From Atractiella rhizophila (taxonomy: Eukaryota): a stretch of DNA of 54,295 nucleotides. Positions 22,801 through 34,659 of the stretch are shown here, piece by piece. The notes under the pieces were generated by a model that made no database searches, was not told the DNA's origin, and was given only the letters and a program-made list of their open reading frames with translations. Positions within the stretch are counted from its first letter, which is position 1; every line of letters starts with the position of its first letter. The translations under genes and the position numbers were made by a program. The stretch is taken from the NCBI GenBank assembly GCA_021432655.1, contig MU271485.1:1-54295 (forward strand), given 5' to 3'.

Positions 22801-25800
22801 GGAGGAAAGAGAAAAAGCACAAGGCCACGATACAGTACAATGTGTGCTTGCACAGGTACCGTCTCCTTTGTCTAGACATACTTCATCTTCTGTACAGATG
22901 CTGGATAATGGGCCAATGGAGATGGTGATGGGGAATGATGATCGTGCAGCTGACCTTGAGTTTGACCCCCCTTCCATCAGTGTTCCACTCCATGTCGGAG
23001 GAGCAATTGGACAAAGAGGGGAATGAAGCAGCAATGATTCTTGCAGCTCTCAGGAACGGCCTGCCTGTTTGATTGGTGAGTGTCAGGTTACAGCATGTTT
23101 GGTTTGGTTTCAATGTTCCCTCAAGCTGATGGCAAAAGGCCTAGATTTCCCCTTGTGCGTGCTGCTTCTCATGTACTTAACAGTATGAACTCTAAACTTG
23201 GGCATCAAAAATTCATGATATCCTAGAAAAGCCAAGCCCCCCTTCCTTGAGGTCCGTGGGATATCCGAAATTCGGGTTTTGAACACCTCTTGAAGGAACT
23301 TATCTGCTTGTGATGTCAACTCCGCCTAGTCCCACACTGTCGGAAATAAAGAGTTGACCCTTGGGCTCCGCCGTCTTCTCCGCCTGCAATTGAAAACTAG
23401 TCCAAAATCATCAAAAGATGCCGTTAACTGCCTAAAATTCAAAACAGTTGCCATCCTCCATCTCGTCTCGTCTCCTGCCCCTCTGCCCCTACTGCACACT
23501 CCCCTACGCTCAGCAGTTGATACAAACGACAGCTATCAGCCTTCCGTTCCCCATCTCCGCTAACACGACCACGTCATGCCATTCTTCTTACGTTGACTAT
23601 CTCAATCCACCTGTGCTATCAAAAGTGTTGTAACATGTAAAAGCATGATCAGTTGTGCGGGCAATTTGTAGCTAGGGTATTTACAGAGGGAGCCAAAGAG
23701 CATAACGTGTATCACAGGTCAGTTCCGCATCAAAAAATGCGATGACCGGGATTGTTGAAGCAACGGGGGTGTCAGTGGTGTGCCATCGGTTGCACCTTAC
23801 CCAGTACGTGAGCCTCCCTTCTCCTAATTCACCTTTGTTGTAGAACCTTCATTCTTCTTCCCCTTTATGAGCGATTGCTGAGCAATTTCTGTGTGTGGCA
23901 GCCGATGGTGCAGTCCAGAACTGCATGCCCACACCCATCCGTCTCACTCCCCTGAGCACAATCTGTCACTGGGTGTCTTTTCTCCCACAATTCCTCGACG
24001 TTTGGTCTCGATAGGAGTGTGAGGGGGAAATTGAGAAGGTGGAGAAGTTACTGAACAAACGGAGCTCAAGATGAGTGAGTTGCTGTATCTCTCAGACAAC
24101 AAGAAGAATGAACTTGCGGCTAAGGTTTTGCGAGCTCGCATCTGTTCACTCCAAGCAGCGAATATTTGAGCGAGGAAGGAGAGGAAAGTCGTTCTCATTC
24201 CTTCTCATGCAGGATCGACAGTGTTGGCGACATATCTTACTCCGGTTCAGCAACGGCAAGCATACGGCGCTCACACAGCTTGCGGGGTACCCGGATGAGG
24301 AGCAATGTTTTCAGAAGCAGAAGACCCCTTCTTTACGACTTCTTCGGCTAGGCATCCCGTTCCAAATGGATGAGGTTGAGTCTTGTGATTGGGACGAAAT
24401 TAGGACCATATTGGATAAGTGCATGTCAGTATTCCCTCTTTACTTCTGTACCATCCTTATAATTGTTCTGCAGCAGCAGGTTGGCAACTCATTCTTTTCG
24501 CCACCTTGGTTTTCTTCTGTGCTCTTTCAGAGCATTCTATTTTTGGGATGTAGTTTTAATTGGACACCGAAAATGCAACTAAAACCACTGAAATGCCTGA
24601 CTCCCTGTTCTATGCCAAGCCTTAACCCTTGGCATTGCCGACATGGACGTCGGATATTCTCGAATTGAACACCCCCCGCCTACACCGCTAATTTGACAGC
24701 ACGTCCTGGGGAGGTGGGTTTTACACGTTTTTAGGTTGTGGTGGGAGATTTGAAAGTGAATCCTGACCACGTCCTCAGGAGGCGCGAACGCCGAATAAGG
24801 ATTTTGATTGCGAGGCCCATTTGGGTTTGTATCCTGTGCAATGTGATATCATCTTTTATGCACTTTGTCACCAAGTGATTCTGGCATCAATGTTACGCGG
24901 TGAATCAAAAAAGCGGTGTGAATTACATCATGCACAAGTTCCATGGAACTGGCAGCCAAGTGTCAACGATGTGGAACCACTGTTGTCTCTCAGCACCTGT
25001 CGCCCGATTCTGCCTTGAATTCCTCCTCTCCCTCCTCACCAGCACAGTAAGCACTTTGCAGGAGCTTAAAGTAAAGGACAGAACAGTTTACATTGCAGAA
25101 GTGTAGCGAAGGACATGATAAAGCATTCCGCATCCGATCTTCATGTAAATAGCCAAAGCGAGCATAGTTGACTTGGCTGGGAATGGAACGGAGGCGGCAT
25201 AGAGGAGGCGTGGTGTTGGAGACATAGTATAAGAGTCTGCATAACAAATCAGAAACAAGGTAGTTCACATAAAAGAAAAGTGTACCTTTAGAGATGCACA
25301 GACAAAGACTCGACATCGCGAAGTGTGTCTCGAGATTCTTGCTGAACCGGCCACCTTTGCATGTCCCAATTAAACCACTAAGAGTAGAACGTATATCACC
25401 AACATATCATCTGAGCATAATGTGAACGCAACAGCAACCAAAGAGGAAACATACACGTCCAACTCGACTGGCCACCTTTGCGAATGTCGTTCAGGTTCGT
25501 ATCGACCTTGTTCCAGAAATCCTTCTGAGTGAAAGCACAGTGCTGCCCAGCTAAGAATGCTAGATAAAGGTCTCAGTATTTGATAGTCAAACGCAAAGCA
25601 ACACTCACAAGAAAAGCGAGCCGCCTTTGAAGGGCAGCACCGGGCCGAATGTTGAGTTCACCAATAACTGCCACTGTCAGCCCATTGCTTCTTGATACCC
25701 TCATCAAGCTGGCAATGGTGTCACATTGGCAGACATGCAGGACAAAACTTGCCTTGCTCTTGAGATTAGATTGTTCCTGGCCGCTTTCGTATTCAATTTC

Positions 25801-26900
25801 CTTCATCAACGTGGCCTTCATGATGGGATCCAGGGTCCAAGCTGCTGCAAAGATGTTTTTCCGGCATTGCGCTCCTACTTTCTCAATGTACTTCTATGGG
25901 TAGTCAGCAGAGAAACACAATGGCAAGAGAAAGCACAAACTCTGGGCCACCACCAAACTTTGCTTTATATGTGAACAGATCATGTGCTTGGAGGAGCTCA
26001 GAGATCAGCTGGCGAAGATAATCCTGCAGCAAGATTGGTATATCGCATCACATCAACTGAGGGAACACAGACGCACCTTCATTTCCTTGCCGACATACCA
26101 TTGCCGAACAAGGGCTTGATGGTGCTGTCTCACTTCACAAGCAATAACCATGAGGTCCGCTTTGAGTTTCACCTTTTGCAGCACTTCATGTGTCTGTCCA
26201 CTTTCCAGCTCACACTCAATGCCATACAGAATATCCAGAGGTACGTACCACTTCAAACCTCAACAAATTCGGAAAGTCACTTTGCTCCTCCCCAGGGCGG
26301 GCAGCACCGAGAGCTCCCACCGGCGTGGGGAAATCTGGGTAACTTATAACTCCCTCAAGTGCCGGTCATTGTTGCTTGCGTTCCAAGTTGTCCGGTAGGT
26401 CGATGTCTGAGTTCTTGTTCGCCGGATGAGAAATGTAAATCATTTGATAGAAAGCACACCTGAGGATTTGATTTCCCGAACACCGTCAACTCAAAGTGCC
26501 AGGCACGATGCTTCCTCGGGGTCTTGGTCTGCAAAGATTGTATATATCAGCACCAAAGCCATGAAATGAAGATAAAACAACCAGACCTCATACAATACAA
26601 ATTTACCTCCAGGTACCTTAGGCTCAAAAGGTGTCTGCAGACCTTTCAAGAAGTTGGAGAGTTCTGTGTAGCGGTGACATGGAGGAAGGCATCTCGAGGA
26701 GGCGAGAAGGGCCTCGGCTATTGCATGCACTTTCAACACTTATGACCCTACTGCTCCGCTCCAGTCAAAAGAATGAAAATTCGTACCCCTGCTACCGCCT
26801 CCAAAGGTTGTAGTTCGCATCCACCGTTAGTTGTCCCCACTTTGCCAGAAGTTTTTTTGCAGCGGCTGCTTCAGCACTAACCCGCTCCGTAATTACCTCG
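19900..26900. other. Degenerate repeat/TE-derived region with broken coding remnants; family not assignable
   Basis: Only short stop-riddled ORFs (e.g. CKIPGCK...HMRLHVAAHIL near 20370-20450; VIGELNIRPGAALQRRLAFL near 25620-25680), TG/CA-rich composition and short dispersed repeats. Confidence 0.4.
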
Positions 26901-27349
26901 AGAATGTTTTTAACCTCTATCGCATCGAAATGGACGTTAGTGCTTCGAAGTCGTGACGTCAATCGAAAGGGAGTCGGACACGAAGATGGTTGGCGGATGG
27001 CAAGAGGCAGAGGGGACTGTTGGGAGGCGGAAAAGAGCGGGAATTTGGGAAAGGAACATGGTCATCGAGAACTAGGTGCCGATGCACCTGTGGGCAAGAT
27101 GCTGAAGATTCGAGCGCAATTTGGGTGGAGGCCAACTGCTTTCTGATATTCACTCGGTGACTCAGAGCTCTGCCGAAGGGTCGGCATTGCGAGTATCTGA
27201 AAGCATGTGCGAGCCAACCGACCTCTTCATTCCAGTTCTTGTACACAAATTCGGGCTGTCCGTCACAGAAATTCTGATAGGAGGCGAATCGACATTTTGA
27301 TTTCACATTTCCCACTTGGAATCCTCCTGTTTGCACTTTGGCGTGTAGT

Positions 27350-27409
27350 TAATAGGAAATGAGGTAATAGGAAATTAGGTCATAGGAAATTAGGTAATAG
27401 GAAATTAGA
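27350..27409. repeat. 15-bp minisatellite, 4 copies
   Basis: TAATAGGAAATGAGG / TAATAGGAAATTAGG / TCATAGGAAATTAGG / TAATAGGAAATTAGA. Confidence 0.9.
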
Positions 27410-27592
27410 TTAGAGTTTACGGCCTCCCCTGGTCTGTGCATAAGCTCTGATTGTTTCGTTCCGTTGAACCTTGTGCCCACTCCAGTGGTGGTATAAGGGT
27501 CTTCACTCTTCATGGCGCTTCCCCACTCTCCTGTCTTTCGTCCGATCGACTTACTCTCGACTACTTTGCGCCGATCTTCACTGTTCTCCACT

Positions 27593-29600
27593 ATGTCTAA
27601 CGACCATACAAGCGAGTTTCTTTTAACTTTTATTGATCATTTCCCGTCTGACCTACTGGTATACCTCTTTCTAGGCGTTGACTGGAATGCACACGTCCAC
27701 TCCGACGTCTTCGACGCTGAGTGCAAGGCGATGTCTAGGGGACTCTCATCCAGGTCGAGCGGTTCCGAGTCCTCCGAGCGTTACAGGCTCTGGGACAACG
27801 ACGACTCTTCCAGCATGACTTCGGACACCTCCACCCACGCTGTTTCGAAGTTCGAGGCCTATTTGTACTATCACGGCATCCGCGGTGACAGACGCCTTGG
27901 TCCCAAACTGATCTTTAGGACGTCCACGGATGAGTTCGTGGTTCCCACTGAGCCAGGACAAGAGCCTCGCAAGATTCAGCTTCTCTCCGTGCACGAGCAC
28001 GCTAAATTGGAAACGAACAACCTCTGGGCAACTGTTCGCAAGGAGGTGCGTAACTTTCACAAAGCGTAGCAATCTGTGGGACTGAAATTCGTTCAAGACG
28101 GTTGGAATCCTCGACCAGCGACAGGTACAGCTGACGTCCGTCGACTTGGCTCGCTTCTGTTGGAAGGAGGATACCGCGGACGGCCGTAGCAAAACCGTCT
28201 TCAGTCGCGTCACCATCTGGATCGGCGTCGTTCCCGATAGCACCAACGGCGATACTGCATTCGATTCCTGCCAACCCATTCTCCAACTCCTCTCGAGGTA
28301 CAGCATTGACGATGTCGACGTTGCTTACCGAGAGTCAGACGCTCGGCTTCTCACTGGGCCACCACTTTACGCTCCTGTTAGCGACCTCCATCCGTTGAAA
28401 GACGTGATGGACTGGATCACCACCGCTCTCAGCGTGCCCATCGCCGGCGTCAAGACTCTACATATGCAAGGCACTCTGGGCTTTTATTTCAAGGTCGGTG
28501 ACGATCTCTATGGCGTCACGGCACGACACGTCCTGTTCCCCGGCGTGCAAGGTAACGTGCTCTACAACTACACCTGTAGGTTCGTTTCCCCTGAAAGATG
28601 AGCGAGTTCTGACCACAACTGCACAGCCGGTCCTAGGAAGGACGTTGTCGTCATGGGCAACAAGGCCTTCGACGACTTTCTTGCGTCCATTCAGGCTAAT
28701 ATCGGTACGCTGAACGGGACCATCAAGGTGCTCAAGAAGCGTGTTGCATCGCTCACGACGACGGCGCACAACGGTAACGGGCAGGCCGCAAACGATTTGG
28801 CGGACACCCGAGCCGACTTGGAGAAGAAAGAAACGGCCATCGAGGACCTTAAATACTTCTTTGCCACGATGAAGAAGGACTGGGCTGCAGTCAATAACCG
28901 CGTTATTGGCCAAGTCGTCTGGGCGCCTCCGATCAGCGGTCTCAATGGACCTGATGGCTACACCCTCGACGTTTGCGTCGTCAAGTTGGACGAGAGGAAG
29001 TTCAAGAACTGGAAGGGGAATGTGATTGACCTTGGTGCGTGCTAACCGGTTCACGCTGGAGGGCGCTTACCTAATCTGACTTGTCGTATCTTAGGCACGA
29101 AGATCGAGTCCGGCAAGTTTATGAGTCTTATGTATCCTCGTGACGATTCGCCGTCCGAGTTTGACTACCCCGAGACTCGCCTTTACAAGATTAAGAAGAT
29201 TCTCGCCGCGGCCAAGATCAAGGAGTCCAACAACCTCGACATGAATGGCGATCCCGTGCGCTTCGTGATCAAGAGTGGCCACACCACAGGTACTACGGTC
29301 GGTCGTCTTACTGGCTTCGAGTCTCACAAGCGCCAGTACGGCATCACCGGCACCTTCGACTCCATCGAGGTTGCCATCTATCCCTACGACAACGACTCTT
29401 CTGCATTCTCTCGGCGCGGTGACTCTGGATCTGCCATTGTCGGCGCCGACAACGACATCATCGCCCTGCTCACCAGTGGCAGTGGTCCTACTGACTCTTC
29501 AGATGTCACGTACGGCACTCCGATGGAGTGGTTGTGGAACAAGATCATCAAGGTCAAGTTCCCTGGCGCCGTGCTCTTCTTCGACGACCCTGACAACTAG
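27593..29600 (+). CDS. Uncharacterised intracellular trypsin-fold (clan PA) serine protease-like protein, multi-exon
   Basis: GTLGFY...YGVTARHV (His codon 28527), YTLDVCVVKL (Asp 28968), VIKSGHTTGTTVG, FSRRGDSGSAIV (Ser 29424); N-terminal EAYLYYHGI...PKLIFRTS; no signal peptide. Confidence 0.8.
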
Positions 29601-31385
29601 GTTCGTCTCTCCCCTCCTGTCTAAGCCCTCTCGTACTTCCTTACTGACTACGTTTGTGTAGCGCTTCCCGAGACGTCCTCGCATCGTTTTTTTCTTCATC
29701 ATCAACAATTGCTCCGTCGTCTCTTCCATCTGCCCACGCTCATTGTCTCGATTCATTCTCGTTTCTCGGTGCTCAGTTCTGTCTTGGTTGGGGTCAGTGG
29801 CGCAGACAGGTGCTTGGATCGTCAACAGGCCGTTCAGGTTCGACTCTCACATCTGTGTCATATTTGAGATCCTAACTAACGATCGCTTGCGGCACTAGCA
29901 AACGTCTGTTTCTGCGACTTCCTTCCCCCTTCCACTCTATGCTTCCCCTTTCTTTCTCCGTCTGCGAAATTGTGCTCGTTTTCCTTTGACTCCCCATTCT
30001 GTGCTCGCTGGTCGTTGGTGCAAACGCGTGCTTCGACGGTTGGATCTGCTGTTCAGGTCTGCGTCGTTTCTTCCGTCTCTCGTTCTTTCATAACCGTGAT
30101 TGACGACCCCGACGTCTAGCGCATGTCCCAACCGGCACATTTCGTTTGTCGTCATCGACCTCGTCTTTCATTCTCCCCTGTTCGTAATTTAATGGTTAGT
30201 TGTTGGTCGTCGGACGGATGCTTGGACCGGTGAACCGCTTGCCTTTGTGAGTTTCTTCCCCCTGTACCTGACTTCTCGTCTTTCTTACCACAACAACCTC
30301 TGACATCTAGGCCCTGGATGCGTGGACTTGTTGTTCAGGTATGCCGTGTCCATCTTTTCATTCCCCCGTTGCGCCGAACTAATAGCTTTCCTCGATGGTT
30401 TAGGTCTTGGACTCGTGGGCTCGTCGTGCTGATCGTTGTTGCTTCTCGTCGTCGGACACTATCAACCCCCCTTGAACTCGAGGTTTATTTCCGTTCACCC
30501 GCTTTCTGAGGCGAGGAGTGCCGTAGTTTCGTGCATTCCATTGCGACGTCCATGTAAGCTTCACCAGTGGGTAAACTAATACAGATATGCGCACTTTGTC
30601 TACACATTTGACGATGCTGATCCTCCACTCTTAAGTTCCCGCCAGTGCAAGCACATAATCGACGACAAGACGGGTCTCGATACTACCCCTAAAGAGTGCA
30701 GCAGTCCGAGCATACGGCAGACTCGTAGCTCGACATCACGTCCAATGTATTGGAACTGAAGGACAAGATTCACCAGCGTGAGTGGACAGTGACAGTCGTC
30801 AGCTTTCTAATATACAGAACGACAGCATCAGCTATCGGGTGAAGTAAGAGTCACCCTAGCGTAAAGTTGAATGCGTCGAGACAGTGGTGCGCGACGTTTA
30901 GGAGACTAGTCTAACAACATTGCTGGTCCGTGGAGATCGACGGCATGGGCTGAGCACCCAGTCGGCTGTTCTAGAGGACAACGAGACCGGAAATGAAGAC
31001 CAGATTCACGGTCTTCGAGACCGTGCCCCAGCCAATTCTCAAAACAACTCTGAATTCGTGAATTGGCAGTATTTACCATCAAGCGGGCAGATTGATCTAA
31101 TGGTCTACATTGCCTAGCTTTATCTCGATGTGGTGATTAAGGTTGTGCTAAGCTTCAAGCTTGCTCTGCTGTATTTTCAGGCTTTACTCTCCTCTGCAGC
31201 TGAAGACACGTGACAGGACAACTTTCGAAATGCAGACCTGCTTCTTTTGCATGATGACATCATTGCGTCGATTAACGTGACGTGTGGATGAGGAGAGACG
31301 CCTTCTTGCTTTATAAAGAAGCCCCTTTCTCCATCGAATCCCACCAAACTGAACGAATCCAGCCACGACCGTAACGAACCACATC

Positions 31386-31967
31386 ATGTCCGCACCTCAA
31401 TCGCGCGACCCATCTCCTGCAGGCTCACAACCTCCCACTCCGCCTCAAGAGCATCCCGAGGGAGGGCACGAATCGCCCGTCCAGTCTCCCATCCAATCTC
31501 CCGCCCTCGAATCTCCCACCCACTCTCCTCTGCCCAGTCCTGCCCAGAGCCCAGCAGCGAGCAGACAGCCTTCGCCTGCGCCTCAGCCTGCCGCGTCTCG
31601 ATCGCGAACGAGGAAGACGCGGGAGAGGCAGAGGCCGAATCGCATCGAACAGTTGCCTACGGATGGGGAGACGGATGCTGAGCATAAAGGATTGCAGAGG
31701 GTCAGGGGAGGAGTTGTCGGTCCGTCGCAGGAGGAGAAGAGGAGGGAGGTGAGGCGGGAGAGTCAGGGAGGAGGAGGAGGAAAGAAGAAACGCGATCCTG
31801 TCAGTTTGAGGGTAGATGTCAATCTCACCGCTGAGGTTCGTGATCTCATTCTTTACAACTTGTGACTGAGGAAACTGAAGAGTGCTCGTTTTGTGTAGAT
31901 TACATTGAAGGCGAAAATACACGGTGATCTGACGCTCACCATGCATGAAGGCTTGGGCCTGTCTTAA
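31386..31967 (+). CDS. Small conserved fungal protein (Pro/Ser-rich N-terminus, C-terminal LRxDxNL...KAKIHGDLTL motif), 2 exons
   Basis: TATAAA at ~31312. The spliced C-terminus VSLRVDVNLTAE|ITLKAKIHGDLTLTM resembles a recurrent fungal hypothetical-protein motif. Confidence 0.7.
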
Positions 31968-32295
31968 ATTTCGTACCGTTGATGGGTCAGTTTGCTTTCT
32001 CGTCGAATCATACTTACTTACCTTGGATGCTTTGACTGCAACAGACATTCGCAGTTCGTATCATACCGCTCTCTGCTTTGTAAATATCCATCTCGCTTGA
32101 AGAATTAAAGTAGCGCGAGTGAAAGAGATGTATTGTGTACAATCAACGTCTTTAATGAGCATTCGAATTCGATATTTTCTCTGTACAATCGACAACACAC
32201 TCGTTTGCGCCTCTTTCAGGAGGAGTCTATCACGATCTTATCCACACCGTCTGTCCATTCCCGAAGCAACCTTGGAGGCCAAATAGAACCAACAA

Positions 32296-34413
32296 TCACC
32301 AAGACTGTGACATAAATCTCTGTACTGTACTTAACGCCTGGTACCTCACGTCCTAATTTTCCATCAATCAGTCCTCTCACAATGTAGCAGATCACTTTCA
32401 GAGAAAGTGGGAAGACGCACAGAGTCGGGGTGCGACATGAGCTCCATAACCTTCGCCTTCGCTCCCAGCTCCTGCGCTTTGCTATTCCATTCACGAGATC
32501 AATCCCAGCATTGAACGAAGGAAGGCAGGAAGGAAGGAAGGACAAACCTTTTGCCGGTGTCGCAGAACTTGAGGTACTTTCCCACATCGCTAGCAGCAAC
32601 GGCCAAAACTTCGACCTCTTGTCGACTGATGAGGAGCTGGACGAGGCGCCTTCACCCATATACCCTTTAGCATCATACGCTCTGACGACGAGGGATAGAG
32701 AGCAAAATGGCGCACTTGAGGCCCTCGTAATCTTTCTCATTCAACCGGCTCGCGTTCTCCCGCCAGAAATCGTCGCTCGTATGCAGTGGGGACCAAGTGA
32801 GTTGACCCGACTGAATCTCGGTGATGTATTCGTCGTAGGTACTTCATTCATCACCATCATTCTCCCTTCGTTCACGCAAAATAAAGGACGGAGGGAGGGG
32901 ACGAAGGAAGACATACGTCATACCCTCACTTCCCTTCTTCAATTCCTCCCTAAGCCACTCCACATCCTCCTTCAGCTCCTCGTCGTCCGATTGGACCTTC
33001 AGTTTGGCAGATTGTGAGTCCAGGAACTCGAGTAGGCCGAGTTTGTACAGGAGCATTGGGGGAAGCGATTCCTCCGGCGCCTGGGTGAGAAGATTCTGCT
33101 CTCGCCAGCCATCAGAATCAATTTGCGTGTTGGAAGATGGAGGAGAGGTTGGAGACGAACCCGGAAGGTTGCAACGATCACGCGAGTCACTTTTTCTTTC
33201 ACGGCGATCTTGAGTGTCTCGCCCAAGAGAGGGATGATGGGATATTTCCTGCGAGGCGTCCAATCAGCTATCAAGATTCGAGCGAGGGGATGGAGGGATA
33301 GACGAACTCGACGATTCCTTTGGCGAAATCAGCGTCGAACGTTGCTTGCCATAGCGAGAGAGCGACGAGATAAAGGGTCTGAGGGTCTCCATATCCGTTC
33401 CCATTACCATTGCCATTGCCATTTCCATTTCCTGGCTTCTTCGCCTCCAGGACCTTGACTAGCCTTTCGAACCACAGTGAGAATGAGCTATCGCCTTTTG
33501 GATATAGAAGAAGACCCACCCATCTACAGGTTTCTCCTCATCTGCGCCGTCCGACGATTCTGATCGCCACAGCTCCTTCCTGACATCCTGTGCTCGAAGG
33601 GCAGAAGAGAGAGCAAAGAGGGCAAGGTTGAGGATTTCTGTCGGAGGAGTGGAGTGGAGCAGTCTGGAGATTTGAACGAGGAGGGAGGAAATGATGGATG
33701 ACGGTGGAGATGATGGATCTTCCCTAGTTTCATTTCTCATTCTTAACGCCAGCTTGTGGGACAAGGAAAGAACTGACGAGAGAAAGCGCGAGAGGAGCTA
33801 AAGTGACATTAAGGAAATGAAGCGATCTTGCGAATTTAGGTGCCTTAATGCCAACGTTCAGAGGGAGCAGCTTTGAGGGTCAGAAGAGGCATAACATACC
33901 GCGAGAGGCCCGTGTAGATGGAAGGCGGCTTGCTTTTGGTCTCGTCACTGATCAAGAGATCGCCCTGGTCGAGCGAATAGAAGAGCTGGAATCTTGTTTC
34001 ATCGCCTATTAGCTCATATGTCAGCCCAAATAGTGTCGCGCCAGGCATCACGACGAGTACCTGCCAACAGCTTTTCTGTGGAAGCAAGCACGAACTGGAT
34101 CGGCTCGTTCCTGCTGAGACTGCCCAACAGTTTGGTATACAGCTCTGCGTACTTCGTCAGGCCCTGGTCTTTATCCTACACCACCAAATTCGAAGCAAAG
34201 CGTGACAATATCAAAGCATGTCCTCAATCATAAGCGAGAGGATGAGAAACACACCTGCGGCTTGCTCTTTTCGAAGTTAGGAGTCGACTGCACAAGCTGC
34301 ACATCGCCTTGCGACACAATCCCTGCTCGCTGATAGGAATCCCATGGAAGTGCTCGGGTAAGGATCTTGGTAGATTCCGAGGACAGAAAGGGGGAAGCCG
34401 AGGAAAGAGACAT
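32296..34413 (-). CDS. VMA13: V-type ATPase V1 subunit H, multi-exon
   Basis: N-terminus MSLSSASPFLSSESTKILTRALPWDSYQRAG; IIPLLGETLKIAVKEKVTRVIVATF; C-terminus LGAKAKVMELMSHPDS|DVRYQALSTVQRFMSQSW*. Contains a GNGNGNGN microsatellite insertion near 33400-33435. Confidence 0.9.
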
Positions 34414-34514
34414 TTCGTCGTTTCGTCTCACAACACTCAAGTAGGACGGACTCTAGCAACATGAGGCGTACGAGCCAAACGTATTAACCCCCCGGGGATG
34501 CTGTCTGTGCGATG

Positions 34515-34562
34515 TGTCGACGTGGCATGGTGCGCGGTGGCGAATTTTTGACACGTCGCCAA
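34515..34562. promoter_or_regulatory. Putative UPR elements (ACGT-core bZIP sites) in the divergent VMA13/KAR2 promoter
   Basis: GACGTGGC at ~34519 and TGACACGTCG at ~34549, 100-140 bp upstream of the KAR2 ATG; resemble Hac1/XBP1-type ACGT-core motifs. Confidence 0.45.
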
Positions 34563-34659
34563 ACCACCATTTAAAAGGGTTCCACCTCGAATATTGCCCA
34601 CTTTGACTCTCTTCGCCTCTCCATAACTGCCCCTTCCCTTCTGTTCTATAGCCATAACC

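Noticed and set aside
27746..29596. Minus-strand ORFs of 186 and 198 aa opposite the protease
   Set aside because: Shadow ORFs of a GC3-rich coding strand.
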